A stretch of DNA of 32,665 nt, taken from positions 4,235-36,899 of the forward strand of contig CAYGHK010000001.1 in the NCBI GenBank assembly GCA_964349645.1, in the 5' to 3' direction. The notes under the pieces were generated by a model. That model did no database searches. It saw only the letters and a program-made list of their open reading frames with translations, and was not told where the DNA came from. Of this stretch, positions 31,389 to 32,665 are shown piece by piece. Numbering within the stretch: the first letter of the stretch is position 1; each line of letters starts with the position of its first letter. Both the position numbers and the translations under genes were made by a program. The DNA is from an uncultured Candidatus Saccharibacteria bacterium (GTDB lineage: Bacteria; Patescibacteriota; Saccharimonadia; Saccharimonadales; Saccharimonadaceae).

Positions 31389-32665
31389 TTATCGATAAAG
31401 ATCGGACGAATCGAATGATTCATCCTTTGGCTTGTTTGACGTTGTGATGACGTATCCGAGGGGATCAAGGCGGAGCAAACCCCACCAAATACCCAGAGAA
31501 AGGAAAAGAACAATGAAGAACATGAAGATCTTGGCTCCAGTTTTAACTGGAACGAGATCCTTTAGCTCAACATAGCCAACTCCCGCATCTCCTGCGTCCT
31601 CGCATTTCATGCACGGGCGCTTGTAGGGAAAGTCGACGAGCACAGTTTTACCAACCAAGCCCGCCGAGTTGTGGTCGTACTTGACCTTCAACTTCTTTCC
31701 ATTGCTGTAGACACTTGTCGGAACGTTCCCGAACAAAGTATCTGGTTCAAACGGGGTTTGCTTGAGCCTCAGGCTTAACGCCGTCAGCATTGCTCCGTTT
31801 CCTTGGGGCATTCCGGTAGCTGCACGTGACCACTCGACGGTTTTGCCGTCAGTGCCCACGCCAATTGCCAGAATGATTCCATTCTTTGAAATGCTCCATT
31901 TACCAAGACTCGTCCAGTAGGCCTTAAGGGCTGTGATGTAGTCGTCTGGGTTGCTCACCTTGCTGGCGGGCATCAGAACAACGTGCATGTCACCCTGTAG
32001 ATCACTACCTAGAGCTGCGTTTAGTCTCATGAGTCGGTCATTCCACTGGGGAATGTTGTCGACCTTGAGGCTTCCAACAGCTTGGAGCTTGGTTGCTTGC
32101 ATGCCGTAGTCGTACAGAACATCATCGCCCAACTTGTCAGTGTGCTTTGGAAGCAATCTGGCTTTTTGGTACTTTGCGATGCTGCCACTGTACTTTTTGT
32201 ACAGATCACTCTCGCTTGCAAGAATGAAGTTTGCGTATTTGAAGACCCCTGTAACAGGGTCGCTCATACCCGCTTTTACATTTTGCTTTGCAGTGACCCA
32301 GCGAGCTGGAGCTTCGCGCGGAACATCACCAGGAATACTACGCCCACCTCTCCACGGTTGCGGATTGGCTTCGAAGTAGTCGTCCCCGATTGTGATTGTT
32401 CGCCCGAGATTGTCATCCAAGACATAATCAAGCTCGTAGGTTGCATATGGACAGTGATGGTCAATCACCTCGGTGTATGCGGCACTGGTCTGTCGACCAT
32501 TGCTGTCATACTGTGCGGGGTGATAAATGTATTCGGTGTCGCACACATACGTATGCGAACAAGAACCATCCTTTTCACATCTGTCCGGTACAACTCTGGC
32601 TTGAGTAACACTTCCGTTGTAAAACTCCTTGTAGCCATTTATCGCACTGTTGCGCGACAAGTTTG
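31389..32665 (-). CDS. Cys-rich protein with a TPM/YgcG-like domain and a C-terminal TM anchor; N-terminus cut by the window edge
   Basis: The frame is open to the window end, so the TTG at 32660 is probably not the real start. GDMHVVLMPASKVSNPDDYITALKAYWTSLGKWSISKNGIILAIGVGTDGKTVEWSRAATGMPQGNG resembles the TPM-domain core. The TM helix is IFMFFIVLFLSLGIWWGLL. TPM proteins are usual genomic partners of LemA. Confidence 0.5.
   Translation of the reverse strand, partial: NLSRNSAINGYKEFYNGSVTQARVVPDRCEKDGSCSHTYVCDTEYIYHPAQYDSNGRQTSAAYTEVIDHHCPYATYELDYVLDDNLGRTITIGDDYFEANPQPWRGGRSIPGDVPREAPARWVTAKQNVKAGMSDPVTGVFKYANFILASESDLYKKYSGSIAKYQKARLLPKHTDKLGDDVLYDYGMQATKLQAVGSLKVDNIPQWNDRLMRLNAALGSDLQGDMHVVLMPASKVSNPDDYITALKAYWTSLGKWSISKNGIILAIGVGTDGKTVEWSRAATGMPQGNGAMLTALSLRLKQTPFEPDTLFGNVPTSVYSNGKKLKVKYDHNSAGLVGKTVLVDFPYKRPCMKCEDAGDAGVGYVELKDLVPVKTGAKIFMFFIVLFLSLGIWWGLLRLDPLGYVITTSNKPKDESFDSSDLYR

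Overview
This is a low-GC bacterial chromosome segment spanning the replication origin. The standard genetic code fits every long ORF. My lineage guess, unverifiable without a search, is a reduced-genome monoderm such as a Patescibacteria/CPR (Saccharibacteria-like) organism.

Left part (1-7.2 kb): the conserved rpmH-rnpA-yidC-jag cluster lies on the minus strand. It is extended by a polytopic GT-C-like membrane protein that runs off the left edge and is missing from the ORF track. DnaA-box-like clusters flank dnaA on both sides, followed by dnaA-dnaN-recF.

Centre (7.2-26.7 kb): a type IV secretion (T4SS)-like locus of about 19.5 kb starts directly after recF and forms four tightly packed transcription units.
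- Minus-strand unit (17719 to 7202): a PrgI/VirB3-like protein, a VirB4-N-domain-like protein, the VirB4 ATPase, a 970-aa membrane protein ending in an M15/LAS peptidase, an 834-aa four-domain peptidoglycan hydrolase, and two small membrane-anchored proteins.
- Plus-strand unit: two soluble proteins of unknown function.
- Minus-strand unit: a VirB6/TrbL-like protein, then a protein ending in a phage tail-fibre-type intramolecular chaperone (peptidase S74) domain.
- Plus-strand unit: eight tandem VirB2/TrbC-like pilin paralogues.
- No coupling protein, VirB11, relaxase, integrase or outer-membrane core component is visible in the window. This locus is the main candidate for an unusual system.

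Right part (26.7-32.7 kb): a bidirectional terminator, then hsp20, comFC, a DUF308/HdeD-like gene and a hypothetical gene. Next come tRNA-Arg(UCG) with structured direct repeats beside it, a 163-bp element bounded by inverted repeats, and a membrane protein. The window ends in a markedly GC-richer tail encoding a LemA-like protein and an edge-truncated TPM-like partner.

I recognised no rRNA, CRISPR array, transposase or integrase.
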